DNA of 64,000 bases, from the NCBI GenBank assembly GCA_958352845.1, contig CATWQC010000010.1:39-64038 (forward strand), given 5' to 3'. The notes below the pieces were generated by a model. The model was not told the DNA's origin, made no database searches, and worked only from the letters and a program-made list of their open reading frames with translations. The position numbers and the translations under genes are program-made. The stretch comes from an uncultured Collinsella sp. Lineage in GTDB: Bacteria > Actinomycetota > Coriobacteriia > Coriobacteriales > Coriobacteriaceae. This document shows, one piece after another, positions 47,547 to 57,499 of this stretch; position 1 is the first letter of the stretch, and each line of letters starts with the position of its first letter.

Positions 47547-48264
47547 GGGGAAGGTCCTCTCCCTCGGCCATGCGGCCAAGCAGAATCGCGGTTACGGGAC
47601 GCAGGTCCTCGGGCACCGTCACCTTAAGGTTATCGCGCGGGCTCTGGACGCAGCGGACGCGCCCACCCATGCGCTCGACCAGCGACGAATCATCGGTGCC
47701 GATAAAGCCCTCAGCAATGGCTGCAGCGTGGGCGCGCTTCATAGCATCGACGCTAAAGATCTGCGGCGTCTGCGCTGCCCAGTAGAGCTCACGCGGCGGC
47801 GTCTCGACGATGTTGTCGCCATCGACGATCTTGAGCGTGTCGATCGCGGGCTGACCACACACGACACCGTCGAGAGCACGGTCGCTCACGAGCACGTCGA
47901 TAGCGTGGTCGATGGCCTCGGTCGTAATGAGCGGACGAGCGCCATCGTGAATGGCGACGTATTCAAAGCCCGCCGGAACCGCATGCACGCCGGCACGGGT
48001 GGAATCCTGACGGGTATCGCCGGCATCGGCAAAGCTGATGGGCGTGTCATAGTCAAACGGGTCGATGGCCAGGCGGCACATCTCGGCACGACGCTCGGCA
48101 GGACAAACCACGACGATGTGGCCAACCTTATCGCTACGGTCAAATGCGCGGATGGACCAGCTCATAAGCGGACGGCCCGCTACATTGACGAGCTGCTTGC
48201 CACCGGGGTTACCAAAGCGCTGACCGCTGCCACCGGCAACGACCACGGCGCATACGGGCGCCAT
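47536..48264 (-). CDS. ispD: MEP cytidylyltransferase
   Basis: AGGSGQRFG, IHDGARP, AQTPQ, TDD, NLKVT. Confidence 0.95.
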   Translation of the reverse strand: MAPVCAVVVAGGSGQRFGNPGGKQLVNVAGRPLMSWSIRAFDRSDKVGHIVVVCPAERRAEMCRLAIDPFDYDTPISFADAGDTRQDSTRAGVHAVPAGFEYVAIHDGARPLITTEAIDHAIDVLVSDRALDGVVCGQPAIDTLKIVDGDNIVETPPRELYWAAQTPQIFSVDAMKRAHAAAIAEGFIGTDDSSLVERMGGRVRCVQSPRDNLKVTVPEDLRPVTAILLGRMAEGEDLPHVQ

Positions 48265-49331
48265 TATGCGTTCCCCTGTTTGGTGCCCTTCATGCGGTAC
48301 AGGGAGTCCGCAAGAATGGCAGGGTTGTTGACGCCAAAGTCGCCCAGACGCTCCGGATCCTCGCTGATGTCGTCCATGAGCTCCTGCAGCGAGCCGTACT
48401 CGTCGACAATCTTCTCGGCCACGCCGTCGCGCACGACGGACACGCGCGAAAGCGTGCGCAGGCCCAGCGGCGTCATGACGGAATCCTCGTCCAGGTCGTC
48501 ATAACCCAGAACTGCCGCCACATGCTGTGGGTCGGACAGGTCCTTGGGCGTCATACGGGCAAGCTCGGCGCGAATCTTCTCGGCGTTGGCCTCAGAGGAA
48601 TCGCTTGCGTAGTCGCGGATCATCAAGTCGTACTCGGTATCCATGCTGGAGCCGGCGAGCTGCTCGAGCTGCATCTGCACGAGCTTGCCCTGGTTGCCCA
48701 GCTTGACAATGCAATCCTTAAGCTCAGTCTTTGCCTGCTGCATGATCTCGAAGCTCGAGAAAATGCCGGTGATGTCGGCGAGCGTAACGTAGTCATCGAG
48801 CTCGAGGGCCGTCAGACGCAGCAGGGAGCGGTCGAGCGACTGACGGGTGGTCTGGAGCGTGGCGACGAGCTGGTTGACCGAGCTCATGATGGTGGTGACA
48901 GGCTGGATCTCGTAGCTCTTGCCGTGAACGTACACGTTAACGACGGCGCGACGAGCCGAAACCGAGATCACGATGGCGTCGGTGAGCACCGACATGCGAG
49001 CGGCAGTACGGTGACGCATGCCCGTCTCACTCGTGGCAAGCGAGGGATCGGGATTGAGGTGGAAGTTGGCGCGCAGGATCTGGGTGAGGTCGCCATCGAT
49101 AACGATGGCACCGTCCATCTTGGAAAGCTCGAACAGGCGGTTCGAGGTAAACGAAATGTTGAGCGGGAAGCCGTCGTTACCGGCAGCGAGCACGTTTTCG
49201 GTGTCGCCGACGCAGATAAGGGCACCCAGGTGACCGGCAATGATCATGTCGAGGGCGGTGCGGATCGGCTGGCCAGGTGCCGTCAGGCGAATGGCCTGTT
49301 CCATACGCTTTTGCAGCTCGTTCTTATCCAA
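48264..49331 (-). CDS. disA: DNA integrity scanning diadenylate cyclase
   Basis: ELSKMDGAIV and ETGMRHRTA (DGA/RHR motifs); C-terminal HhH-like region. Confidence 0.93.
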   Translation of the reverse strand: MDKNELQKRMEQAIRLTAPGQPIRTALDMIIAGHLGALICVGDTENVLAAGNDGFPLNISFTSNRLFELSKMDGAIVIDGDLTQILRANFHLNPDPSLATSETGMRHRTAARMSVLTDAIVISVSARRAVVNVYVHGKSYEIQPVTTIMSSVNQLVATLQTTRQSLDRSLLRLTALELDDYVTLADITGIFSSFEIMQQAKTELKDCIVKLGNQGKLVQMQLEQLAGSSMDTEYDLMIRDYASDSSEANAEKIRAELARMTPKDLSDPQHVAAVLGYDDLDEDSVMTPLGLRTLSRVSVVRDGVAEKIVDEYGSLQELMDDISEDPERLGDFGVNNPAILADSLYRMKGTKQGNA

Positions 49332-49489
49332 GGCATCGCTCCCATCGTATACGCTCCATAAACGTCAATAAGTTTCTCACGGTTTGCCCCTGTGACGCCC
49401 GCAAAATCCGATGCTTACAGAATGAGCGAACACAGCTGAGAGCCCCAATCCAAATGAGCTGCTTGTGTGGTAGCATCGGGATTCGCATA

Positions 49490-49626
49490 AATGAGGGAGT
49501 AGTCGCGTGACCGGGTTCGCCTCCGGTGGCGCGGCAAGTCAACACACTGGCCGATGCGGTCTGGCTTGCCTTAATGAACGAGACTCGTGGCTGTGCGCAC
49601 AACGCGTACGCCACGGGTCTTTTTTG
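49490..49626 (+). promoter_or_regulatory. yybP-ykoY (Mn2+) riboswitch with terminator
   Basis: GAGGGAGTAG...GTCAACAC..CTGG...CGAGACTC, then an AGACTCGTGGC/GCCACGGGTCT-TTTTT terminator upstream of mntP. Confidence 0.85.
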
Positions 49627-49678
49627 TTACTCCCCCAAGAGGTACACGCGGGCCCGCCCGCAGAGAGGGAGCCAGACT

Positions 49679-50263
49679 ATGGGACTCGCAGAGCTTGTGT
49701 TGCTCGCTATCGGCCTTTCGATGGACGCCTTTGCCGTATCCATCTGCAAGGGCCTTGGCATGAAGAAGATCAACCTTAAGGTCGCCGTGGTGCTCGGCCT
49801 GTTCTTTGGCGGCTTCCAGGCCGGCATGCCCGTAATCGGATGGGCGCTCGGCAGTCAATTCATGAGCATCATCGGACCCATCGACCATTGGATCGCCTTT
49901 ATCCTTTTGGCCTTTATCGGCGGCAAAATGCTGTGGGAGGCCTTTACCGAAGACGAGGATGAGGACGAGAGCGACGGCAAGGATGCCGAAAAGATTAACC
50001 TGGGTGAGTACCTGATTCTGGCTATCGCCACCTCAATCGACGCCCTGGCCGTGGGCATCTCATTTGCTGCGCTCTCGGTTGACATCGTTCCCGCTGTATC
50101 GCTTATCGGAGTCACAACGTTTATCTTCTCCGTCGCCGGCGTAGCGATCGGCCACACCTTTGGCGAGCGCTACGAAAAACCCGCCACCATCGTGGGCGGC
50201 GTCGTGCTCATCCTTATTGGGCTTAAGATTTTGCTTGAGCATCTGGGGATTTTGGCGCTGTAA
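49679..50263 (+). CDS. mntP: Manganese efflux pump MntP
   Basis: LSMDAFAVS and ATSIDALAVG repeats; riboswitch upstream. Confidence 0.93.
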   Translation: MGLAELVLLAIGLSMDAFAVSICKGLGMKKINLKVAVVLGLFFGGFQAGMPVIGWALGSQFMSIIGPIDHWIAFILLAFIGGKMLWEAFTEDEDEDESDGKDAEKINLGEYLILAIATSIDALAVGISFAALSVDIVPAVSLIGVTTFIFSVAGVAIGHTFGERYEKPATIVGGVVLILIGLKILLEHLGILAL

Positions 50264-50300
50264 CGCCAAACACAATCGCTCAAAACTCAACGCCAGCACA

Positions 50301-50376
50301 AGGCCTCATGCAGAGTTTTGCATGAGGCCTTTTCATGCAGACTTTTGCATGTCATACTGATATGCAAAAGTCTGCA
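50301..50376. promoter_or_regulatory. Three TGCA-N6-TGCA putative HipB operators (the first lies within the mntP terminator)
   Basis: TGCAGAGTTTTGCA, TGCAGACTTTTGCA, TGCAAAAGTCTGCA. Confidence 0.6.
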
Positions 50377-50391
50377 CGTTAGGAGATCGCC

Positions 50392-50862
50392 GTGGATATC
50401 CTTCCCATCACCACACCGCGCCAAGCTGGCATCTACGTGCGTCAGGCACGCGAGACTCAGGGTCTCACCCGTGCCGCCCTCGCCAAAAAGGCCGGTGTTT
50501 CGGAGCGTCTGCTCGCATCGCTCGAGCTAGGAGACGCCATCGGCATTCGGCTCGACAAGCTGCTGGCAGTTTTCGGTGCTCTTGGACTGGCGCTCGCCGC
50601 TCAAGGGGATATCGACGAATCGAAAAACGAGCAACCAGTCGACGCCCCGCATGCTGATTTGCAACCTCGTAGTACCCCCAGGCGCCATCACGCTCAACGT
50701 TTTCACCATCGCAACCGTCGCAGCGCAGCCATTCCGGCTCTCGCAGATGTCCCCTTTACGTCCGAGCTCTACGACAGGGCCTTCGCCGATTTCGCCATGT
50801 CCAATCTCGGAGTCTCGATTGCCGCAAACGCATCTAACCAAACCAAGCCCGAAGGGAAATAG
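50392..50862 (+). CDS. HipB-like XRE antitoxin
   Basis: VRQARETQGLTRAALAKKAGVSERLLASLELG; directly upstream of hipA. Confidence 0.8.
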   Translation: MDILPITTPRQAGIYVRQARETQGLTRAALAKKAGVSERLLASLELGDAIGIRLDKLLAVFGALGLALAAQGDIDESKNEQPVDAPHADLQPRSTPRRHHAQRFHHRNRRSAAIPALADVPFTSELYDRAFADFAMSNLGVSIAANASNQTKPEGK

Positions 50863-50865
50863 CCA

Positions 50866-52170
50866 ATGGCCAGAACATCACTTCGGACCATTATTTGCGG
50901 CGTACCTGCGGGAACGCTCACGCAAGATGAGAACGGTCTTATCAGCTTTACCTACGATCATGACTATGACGGGCCAACCCTATCGACCAACATACCCGTA
51001 TCAAATCGCACATACGGCCAACAGGTCATGAATCCGTACTTGTTTGGCCTTCTACCCGACAGCGAGGACCAACGAAAAGCGATTGCCGCCGAATTCAACG
51101 TTAGGCCCAACAATCCCGTTGCGTTGCTCAGCCATATCGGACTCGACTGTCCGGGCGGAGTGCAGTTTTGTGCCGAAGAAGATGCCGACGCCGTCCTGCA
51201 TCGCGCTGGCGACTACCGCCCTATAGACGACCACGAAATTGCTCTCCGTCTCAAGTCGATCAGAGATGACCGCGATGCATCGTGGATGGGTCTAGATGAA
51301 AGTTGGTCACTTGGAGGCAACCAGGGCAAGTTCGCGCTCGCGTTCATAAACGGCCGCTGGTGCGAATGCATGGGCTCCTCGCCCACAACGCATATTTTCA
51401 AAAATGGCGTTATCGGATTTAAACTCGAGGCTCTCAATGAGTTTGTCTGCATGAAAAGCGCCCAGCGCGCCGGTATCGCAACGGCAAACGTCGAATATCG
51501 TATGTTTGAGGACGAACCTGCCCTCATTGTTGAGCGCTATGACCGCGTGAAAGTCGAAGACGGAATGATCAGGCGCCTACATCAAGAAGACCTCTGTCAG
51601 GCACTTGGGGTGATGCCTGCCCAAAAGTACACAGCAGACGGCGGCCCGACCACCCGCGACATTCAAGAGCTCCTCGTAAATACGAGCCACCATCAACTTA
51701 ACCTGTATCTGTTTACGCAGATACTGTTCTTTAACGCCATCACCGGCGCACCGGATGCGCATGCGAAAAACTATTCCCTGCTCCTTGGAAACGACGGCGC
51801 AGCCATGATGGCTCGTATGTACGATGTCGCATCGGGCTTGGCGTATGAGCGCATGCGCCGCCGGGCGCGCCTTGCCATGAGCGTTGGCGGCGAAAATCGT
51901 GTGGGGCGCATCGGTCCAGGCGCTATCCGCCGATACCACGGTATGGGCGACCCCGTGCTGGAGGCGGCGCTTACCGATGCCGGGCTATCCGAGAAGTTTT
52001 GCTTTGCGACCATGATGGACCTCGCCTACGAAGTGCCCATTTGCATGGAAGAGGTCATGGACGAATACGCCGATCTGCCCGGCATGGCGGACCTGCGCGA
52101 GCATATGCTCGGCCCCGTCCGCGAAAACTGCCAGCGCACCCTCGACCTCATCAAGGCAGAAATGGACTAG
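50866..52170 (+). CDS. hipA: HipA family kinase toxin
   Basis: GLLPD, SLGGNQGKFAL, THIFK, ERYDR, HQEDLCQALG, DAHAKNYS, YDVAS. Confidence 0.92.
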   Translation: MARTSLRTIICGVPAGTLTQDENGLISFTYDHDYDGPTLSTNIPVSNRTYGQQVMNPYLFGLLPDSEDQRKAIAAEFNVRPNNPVALLSHIGLDCPGGVQFCAEEDADAVLHRAGDYRPIDDHEIALRLKSIRDDRDASWMGLDESWSLGGNQGKFALAFINGRWCECMGSSPTTHIFKNGVIGFKLEALNEFVCMKSAQRAGIATANVEYRMFEDEPALIVERYDRVKVEDGMIRRLHQEDLCQALGVMPAQKYTADGGPTTRDIQELLVNTSHHQLNLYLFTQILFFNAITGAPDAHAKNYSLLLGNDGAAMMARMYDVASGLAYERMRRRARLAMSVGGENRVGRIGPGAIRRYHGMGDPVLEAALTDAGLSEKFCFATMMDLAYEVPICMEEVMDEYADLPGMADLREHMLGPVRENCQRTLDLIKAEMD

Positions 52171-52297
52171 GTGGCCTTAATTTCGCAATTATCAAACAAA
52201 AGAGAGGGGACACCCGTCGCAAAAGCTCGGATGTCCCCTCTCGTAATGTCATTTGCAATCCGCTAGCACGTGGCTCGAACTGCTGCTAGCGCAACCT

Positions 52298-53755
52298 TTA
52301 CGCAGCGAGGCGCTTGAGGACGTCGATGAGCAGCTCGTAGAAGCGCTCGGCAGAAGCAAGCTCCATGCTCTCGTCCGGAGTGTGGACATCGGAGAGCGTC
52401 GGGCCCACGGCGATGGCGTCCAGGCCGTGCAGGGCCTCGGCAAACAGGCCGCACTCAAGGCCGGCGTGAATGGACTCGATGCGCAGCTCGGAGCCAAAGA
52501 GCTCGCGATAGCTCTCGACAAAGACGTCGCGGACCGGCGAATGCTCGGCATAGCTCCAGCCGGGATACTCGAACTCAAACTTGGCGTCGAAGCCCAGGAC
52601 ATCGGCAAGCGTCTGCAGGCGGTCCTTGAACTCGTTCTGCAGCGAGGTGATCGAGGAGCGCGGGGACAGCATGATCTTGACCTCGTCGTCAGAAGTGGCA
52701 ACCACACCGATGTTGGAGGAAACCTCGACGGAGCCGTCGGTGGCGACGTTGCGGCGAATCACGCCGTTGGGGGCAAGACGCAGGGCGCGGATGAGGGCAA
52801 GCGCGGACTTCTGGTCCATGGCCTCGACCTCGGCGTCGTCGGCAATCTCGACGGTGCAGGTAAAGCCGGGGTCGAAGACCTCGAGCTCGGCAGTAACGTC
52901 GGCGATGATGCCCTTTGCGATCTGGGCCGCGGCCTCGGCGGCAGCGTGGTCGGCGTAGACCAGAACAGCCTTGCACTCACGGTTGATGGCGTTGTCCTTG
53001 GTGCCGCCGTTAAAGCTAACGATGGCGGGCTCGCCAGCGACCATCAGGCGGTCGATGATGCGGGCCATGATGAGGTTGCCGTTGCCGCGCTCCAGGTTGA
53101 TATCGCTGCCGGAGTGGCCGCCCAGCAGGCCGGAGATGTCGAGCGTGAGGGTGCTACCGGTCTTGTGCTCGCGCGCGATCGGGCAGGTGTAGGTAACGAC
53201 GACACCGCCGGCGCAGCTGACGGTAGCAACGCCCTCTTCCTCGGAGTCAAGGTTAATCATGGTGCGGGCGCTAATCTGGGACTTGTCGAGCGTCTCGGCG
53301 CCGACCAGGCCAGTCTCCTCGTCGGTGGTGAATACGCACTCGAGGGCGGGGTGAACGATCGAATCGTCATCGAGAACAGTGAGCATCAGAGCGACGGCAA
53401 TACCGTTGTCGGCGCCCAGAGTGGTGCCGTTAGCGGTGAGGACGCCGTCCTTGACGACCAGGTCGATACCATCAGTCGTAAAGTCGTGCTCAACGGAGCC
53501 CAACTTGTCGCACACCATATCGATGTGGCCCTGCAGCATTACGGTCGGGGCATTCTCGGCGCCGGCAGATGCGGGCTTGCGAATGATGACGTTGTAGACC
53601 TCGTCCTGATACACATCGAGACCGCGCTCCTTGGCAAACGCGACCAGGAAATCGCTGATGCCTTTCTCGTTGCCAGACCCACGGGGGATCGCGCTGACCT
53701 CCTCAAAGAAATGGAACAGCTGGGCGGGCTCGTAGCCGGTAATCTTGTAGTCCAT
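52298..53755 (-). CDS. pepD: Aminoacyl-histidine dipeptidase (M20C)
   Basis: IPRGSGNE, LQGHIDMV, TTLGADNG, DEETG, NLDSEE, IHAGLECG. Confidence 0.92.
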   Translation of the reverse strand: MDYKITGYEPAQLFHFFEEVSAIPRGSGNEKGISDFLVAFAKERGLDVYQDEVYNVIIRKPASAGAENAPTVMLQGHIDMVCDKLGSVEHDFTTDGIDLVVKDGVLTANGTTLGADNGIAVALMLTVLDDDSIVHPALECVFTTDEETGLVGAETLDKSQISARTMINLDSEEEGVATVSCAGGVVVTYTCPIAREHKTGSTLTLDISGLLGGHSGSDINLERGNGNLIMARIIDRLMVAGEPAIVSFNGGTKDNAINRECKAVLVYADHAAAEAAAQIAKGIIADVTAELEVFDPGFTCTVEIADDAEVEAMDQKSALALIRALRLAPNGVIRRNVATDGSVEVSSNIGVVATSDDEVKIMLSPRSSITSLQNEFKDRLQTLADVLGFDAKFEFEYPGWSYAEHSPVRDVFVESYRELFGSELRIESIHAGLECGLFAEALHGLDAIAVGPTLSDVHTPDESMELASAERFYELLIDVLKRLAA

Positions 53756-53969
53756 GGTGCCTCCTTGGCGCAACTGGTTAGACAGTAAGACGTGCGACTT
53801 GTATATTCCCAGACTTTGCGTGCATAAACCAGTCGAAAACGCCGAGCGCCCTCGCATCATCGGCTAACGGTGGACCGTATAGCGTAACGGTCACAACTTC
53901 CGCAGCTCTACAAATCGAGGCGCCCTTTCCGGAGCGCCTCGATTGCGCGTATCAAATTGTCGCCACGCC

Positions 53970-56612
53970 CTACAGCGCGCCGGAACCGGCTTGCATCATG
54001 CCGCCGGGGCCCGAGGTCACGCCGCCGCTCACGGGCGCGGCGTTGCCGGTGTGCGGTGCCGCCGGGGCGGTATCGCCACCGAGCGTGCCCACCGGACGCG
54101 GTGCCGGGATCTCGCCCGTGCCGTGGCTAAAGACAAACTTGCCATCGGCCACGTCGCACAGGACGGTATCGCCCTCGCCCCACTCGCCAGCCAGCAGTTC
54201 CTCGGACAGCGGATCCTCGATGAGCTTTTGGATAGCACGGCGCAGCGGACGCGCGCCGTTGGTGAGGTCGGTGCCCTCGGCCACGATCTTGTCATAGGCC
54301 GCATCGGTGAGCTTGATGTTCATGCCGTTGGCAATCAGGCGCTGACGCAGGTCGTCCACCAGCAGGTGCGCGATCTTGGTCAGGTTCTCGCCCGAGAGCT
54401 TCTGGAACACCACAATGTCGTCGATACGGTTGAGCAGCTCGGGGCGGAACAGGCGCTTGAGCTCGCCCATCGCACGGCCCTTGATCTCACTCGAGGTGAG
54501 GCCCTGCTCGCCGGTGGTGCCAAAGCCAACGCTCGCATCCTGCGCGATCTCGCGGGCGCCCACGTTGGACGTCATGATGATCACGGTATTGCGGAAGTCG
54601 ACCGTCTTGCCCTGGCTATCAGTCAGGCGACCCTCCTCCAGCACCTGCAACAAAATGTTGAAGATGTCGGGGTGCGCCTTCTCGATCTCGTCGAACAGCA
54701 CGACCGAGTACGGGTGACGACGAACGGCCTTGGTAAGCTGACCGCCCTCGTCGTGGCCCACGTAACCCGGAGGGCTACCGATAAGCTTGGAGACCTCGAA
54801 CTCGCTGCCGAACTCCGACATGTCGAAGCTGATGAGCGCGTCCTTACTGCCAAAGAGGTACTCGGCGAGCGTCTTGGCGAGCTCGGTCTTGCCTGTGCCG
54901 GTGGGACCAAGGAAGATAAAGCTACCACCGGGACGACGCGGGTCCTTGAGCGGCGAGCGGCTGCGGCGCACGGCCTTGGCGACGGCCTCGACGGCCTCGT
55001 CCTGGCCGATAATGCGGGTCTTGAGCACGCTTTCGGTCTGCAGCAGGCGACGGCTCTCGCTCTCGGTGAGCGAGGAAACCGGCACGCCAGAGGTCACGGA
55101 CACGATGTCGGCAATCTGACTCACGTCGATGGTGAGCGGGCTGGCGTCGAGCTCGGCGGTCCAGGCGGCCTTGGCCTCGGCGAGCTCAATCTCGGCGGCC
55201 TTCTGCTGCTCGGTGATCTCGGCGGCCTTGTTCATGTCGTCGCTCTCGGTGGCCTCCTGCGCGGCGGCCTTGAGCTCCTCTATGCGATGCTCGGCCTCGC
55301 GCACCGGCTCGGGCGCACGATTCGCGGCGATGCGAGCGCGGGCACCGGCCTCGTCGATGAGGTCGATGGCCTTATCGGGCAGGAAGCGATCCTGGATGTA
55401 GCGGTTGGAAAGGTTCGCGGCAGCCTCGATAGCGCCCTGCGTGTAGCGCACATGGTGGTGCTCCTCGTAGCGCGGCTTAAGCGCGGTCAGGATCTTGACG
55501 GTGTCCTCGACGCTCGGCTCCTCGACATCGATAGTCTGGAAGCGACGCTCGAAGGCTGGGTCTTTGGTGAGGTACTTGCGGAATTCCTCGGCCGTGGTGG
55601 CGCCAATAATCTGGAAGGCACCGCGTGCAAGCACGGGCTTGAGCATGGAGCTCGCGTCGATGGAGCCCTCGGCAGAACCGGCACCGATGATGGTGTGCAT
55701 CTCGTCGATAAACAAGATGACGTCGTCGGCTTCGGTCGCCTCCTGGATCACGTTCTTGAGGCGCTCCTCAAACTCACCGCGATACTTGGCACCCGCGACA
55801 AGACCCGGCAGATCGAGCGTCCAGATATTCTGGTTCATAAGATTCTCGGGCACATTGCCAGCAGCAATCTGCTGCGCCAGGCCCTCGACGATAGCCGTCT
55901 TGCCCACGCCGGGATCGCCCAGGATAAGCGGATTGTTCTTGGTGCGGCGCGAAAGGATCTCCATCATGCGCTGGACTTCCTTTTCGCGGCCAATCACGGG
56001 ATCGAGCTCGCCGTCGCGCGCCTTTTGCGTGAGGTTGGTGGCGAACTGCTTGAGCGTGTCGGTGCCGCTCCCCTTTTGCTGAGAGGCATCCGAGCCGCTA
56101 AAGAACGGCAGGCCCGCACCGGGACGACCAGCGCCAGCGCCAGCGAGCGGACGCTTCTTGTCCTGATCCTTGGCAGTGAGCTTTTCGATGGCCTTTTTAA
56201 TGGAAGCAGACGACACGCCCAGGCGCATGAGGATGTCCATGGCCATGCCGTTGCCCTCTTCGACGATGCCGATCAGCAAGTGCTCGGTCGAAACGTAGGT
56301 CTGGTTGTTCTCGCGTGCCACGCGGAAGGAGCGCTCCATCACGCTGATGACGAGCGGCGTAAAGGCGAGCTTGGCAGCCTCGGTCTCCTCGCTGGGCTCG
56401 GGAACCGTGGTCTGGACCTCTTTGAGGGTATCCATGATGTCATCATAGGAGATGTCGAGCGAACGCAGCGCCTCGGCGGCAATGCCCTCGTCCTCCTTGG
56501 CAAGCGCGAGCAGCAGGTGCTCGGTGCCCACCTTATTTGAATGAAGATCGAGCGCTTCTTGCTTGGCCATGGACATGACCTTACGCGCACGATCGGTAAA
56601 ACGGTCTAACAT
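53970..56612 (-). CDS. clpC: ATP-dependent Clp protease ATPase ClpC
   Basis: Two Clp-N repeats, [23 protein letters not shown]. Confidence 0.95.
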   Translation of the reverse strand: MLDRFTDRARKVMSMAKQEALDLHSNKVGTEHLLLALAKEDEGIAAEALRSLDISYDDIMDTLKEVQTTVPEPSEETEAAKLAFTPLVISVMERSFRVARENNQTYVSTEHLLIGIVEEGNGMAMDILMRLGVSSASIKKAIEKLTAKDQDKKRPLAGAGAGRPGAGLPFFSGSDASQQKGSGTDTLKQFATNLTQKARDGELDPVIGREKEVQRMMEILSRRTKNNPLILGDPGVGKTAIVEGLAQQIAAGNVPENLMNQNIWTLDLPGLVAGAKYRGEFEERLKNVIQEATEADDVILFIDEMHTIIGAGSAEGSIDASSMLKPVLARGAFQIIGATTAEEFRKYLTKDPAFERRFQTIDVEEPSVEDTVKILTALKPRYEEHHHVRYTQGAIEAAANLSNRYIQDRFLPDKAIDLIDEAGARARIAANRAPEPVREAEHRIEELKAAAQEATESDDMNKAAEITEQQKAAEIELAEAKAAWTAELDASPLTIDVSQIADIVSVTSGVPVSSLTESESRRLLQTESVLKTRIIGQDEAVEAVAKAVRRSRSPLKDPRRPGGSFIFLGPTGTGKTELAKTLAEYLFGSKDALISFDMSEFGSEFEVSKLIGSPPGYVGHDEGGQLTKAVRRHPYSVVLFDEIEKAHPDIFNILLQVLEEGRLTDSQGKTVDFRNTVIIMTSNVGAREIAQDASVGFGTTGEQGLTSSEIKGRAMGELKRLFRPELLNRIDDIVVFQKLSGENLTKIAHLLVDDLRQRLIANGMNIKLTDAAYDKIVAEGTDLTNGARPLRRAIQKLIEDPLSEELLAGEWGEGDTVLCDVADGKFVFSHGTGEIPAPRPVGTLGGDTAPAAPHTGNAAPVSGGVTSGPGGMMQAGSGAL

Positions 56613-56809
56613 GCTAGTTCCTCTTAGACGAGCTAGTTTTTTCAAACGCAAAGCGCCGCCCCGCGGCAGCGCTTTGGTCTCTTTACCCATATGGAGTATA
56701 TGTTAACAGCTGGAGGAATATCTATAAACCCGGCTCACATGAATGCAGGTTATGACCGCATCGCGGGACTCACCGCGCGATGCGCGACGGGCGCCCCGCA
56801 AGAGAAACC

Positions 56810-57499
56810 CTAGACGTCTTTCACCACGTCGGGACTCGTCGCACGCGATGCGCGATAGGCATCGGCCTCCTTGGAGACGCGTTCGAGCAGCTCGGATGTA
56901 TCGACGCCCTCGACTTGCGCGACCGTTTCAACCGTCTGCATGGCGACCGCCCTCAGGTACGCGCACGCGCTGTCCCCCAGCTGCTCGAGGTCTATCTCCT
57001 CGCCGCCCTCCCGGGCAAAGCCGACCGCCATCACAAAGCCCATGATGCCCGAGACCAGAAAGCCCACCGCAAAGCTCGAATCTGCCTTGAGCTCTTCTCC
57101 GTCGGGGTGGACGATCTCTCTCACGCGGTCGATGATGATCGTATGGATGCCCTGCTCGACCTGCTCGGCGGCACCCGCCCTCATGGTGATGACGATGCGC
57201 CGCAGCAGGCAGCGGACGTCGCGCCGGTCGAACGCCGAAAGGTCGCCCTCGCTCGAAAAATGCCAGAGGGCATCGGTGATGAGCTCGTTATCCTGCAGCA
57301 GCTGGGCTATGGCGATGGCGACGAGTTCATCGAAATCGTGAAAATAGTAGTAAAACGTTCCGCGATTGCACTGGGCGGCGCGGGTCACCTCGCCAACCGA
57401 CAGCTCGAAGATGCTGTTGTTCTCGATGAGCTCCCAAAACGCCTCGATGATACGGGTGCGTGCATCGGGCGCATCGGCGTCCTTACGCGGTCTCGCCAT
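56810..57499 (-). CDS. TetR/AcrR family regulator
   Basis: RTRIIEAFWELI...LSVGEVTRAAQCNRGTFYYYF. Confidence 0.88.
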   Translation of the reverse strand: MARPRKDADAPDARTRIIEAFWELIENNSIFELSVGEVTRAAQCNRGTFYYYFHDFDELVAIAIAQLLQDNELITDALWHFSSEGDLSAFDRRDVRCLLRRIVITMRAGAAEQVEQGIHTIIIDRVREIVHPDGEELKADSSFAVGFLVSGIMGFVMAVGFAREGGEEIDLEQLGDSACAYLRAVAMQTVETVAQVEGVDTSELLERVSKEADAYRASRATSPDVVKDV

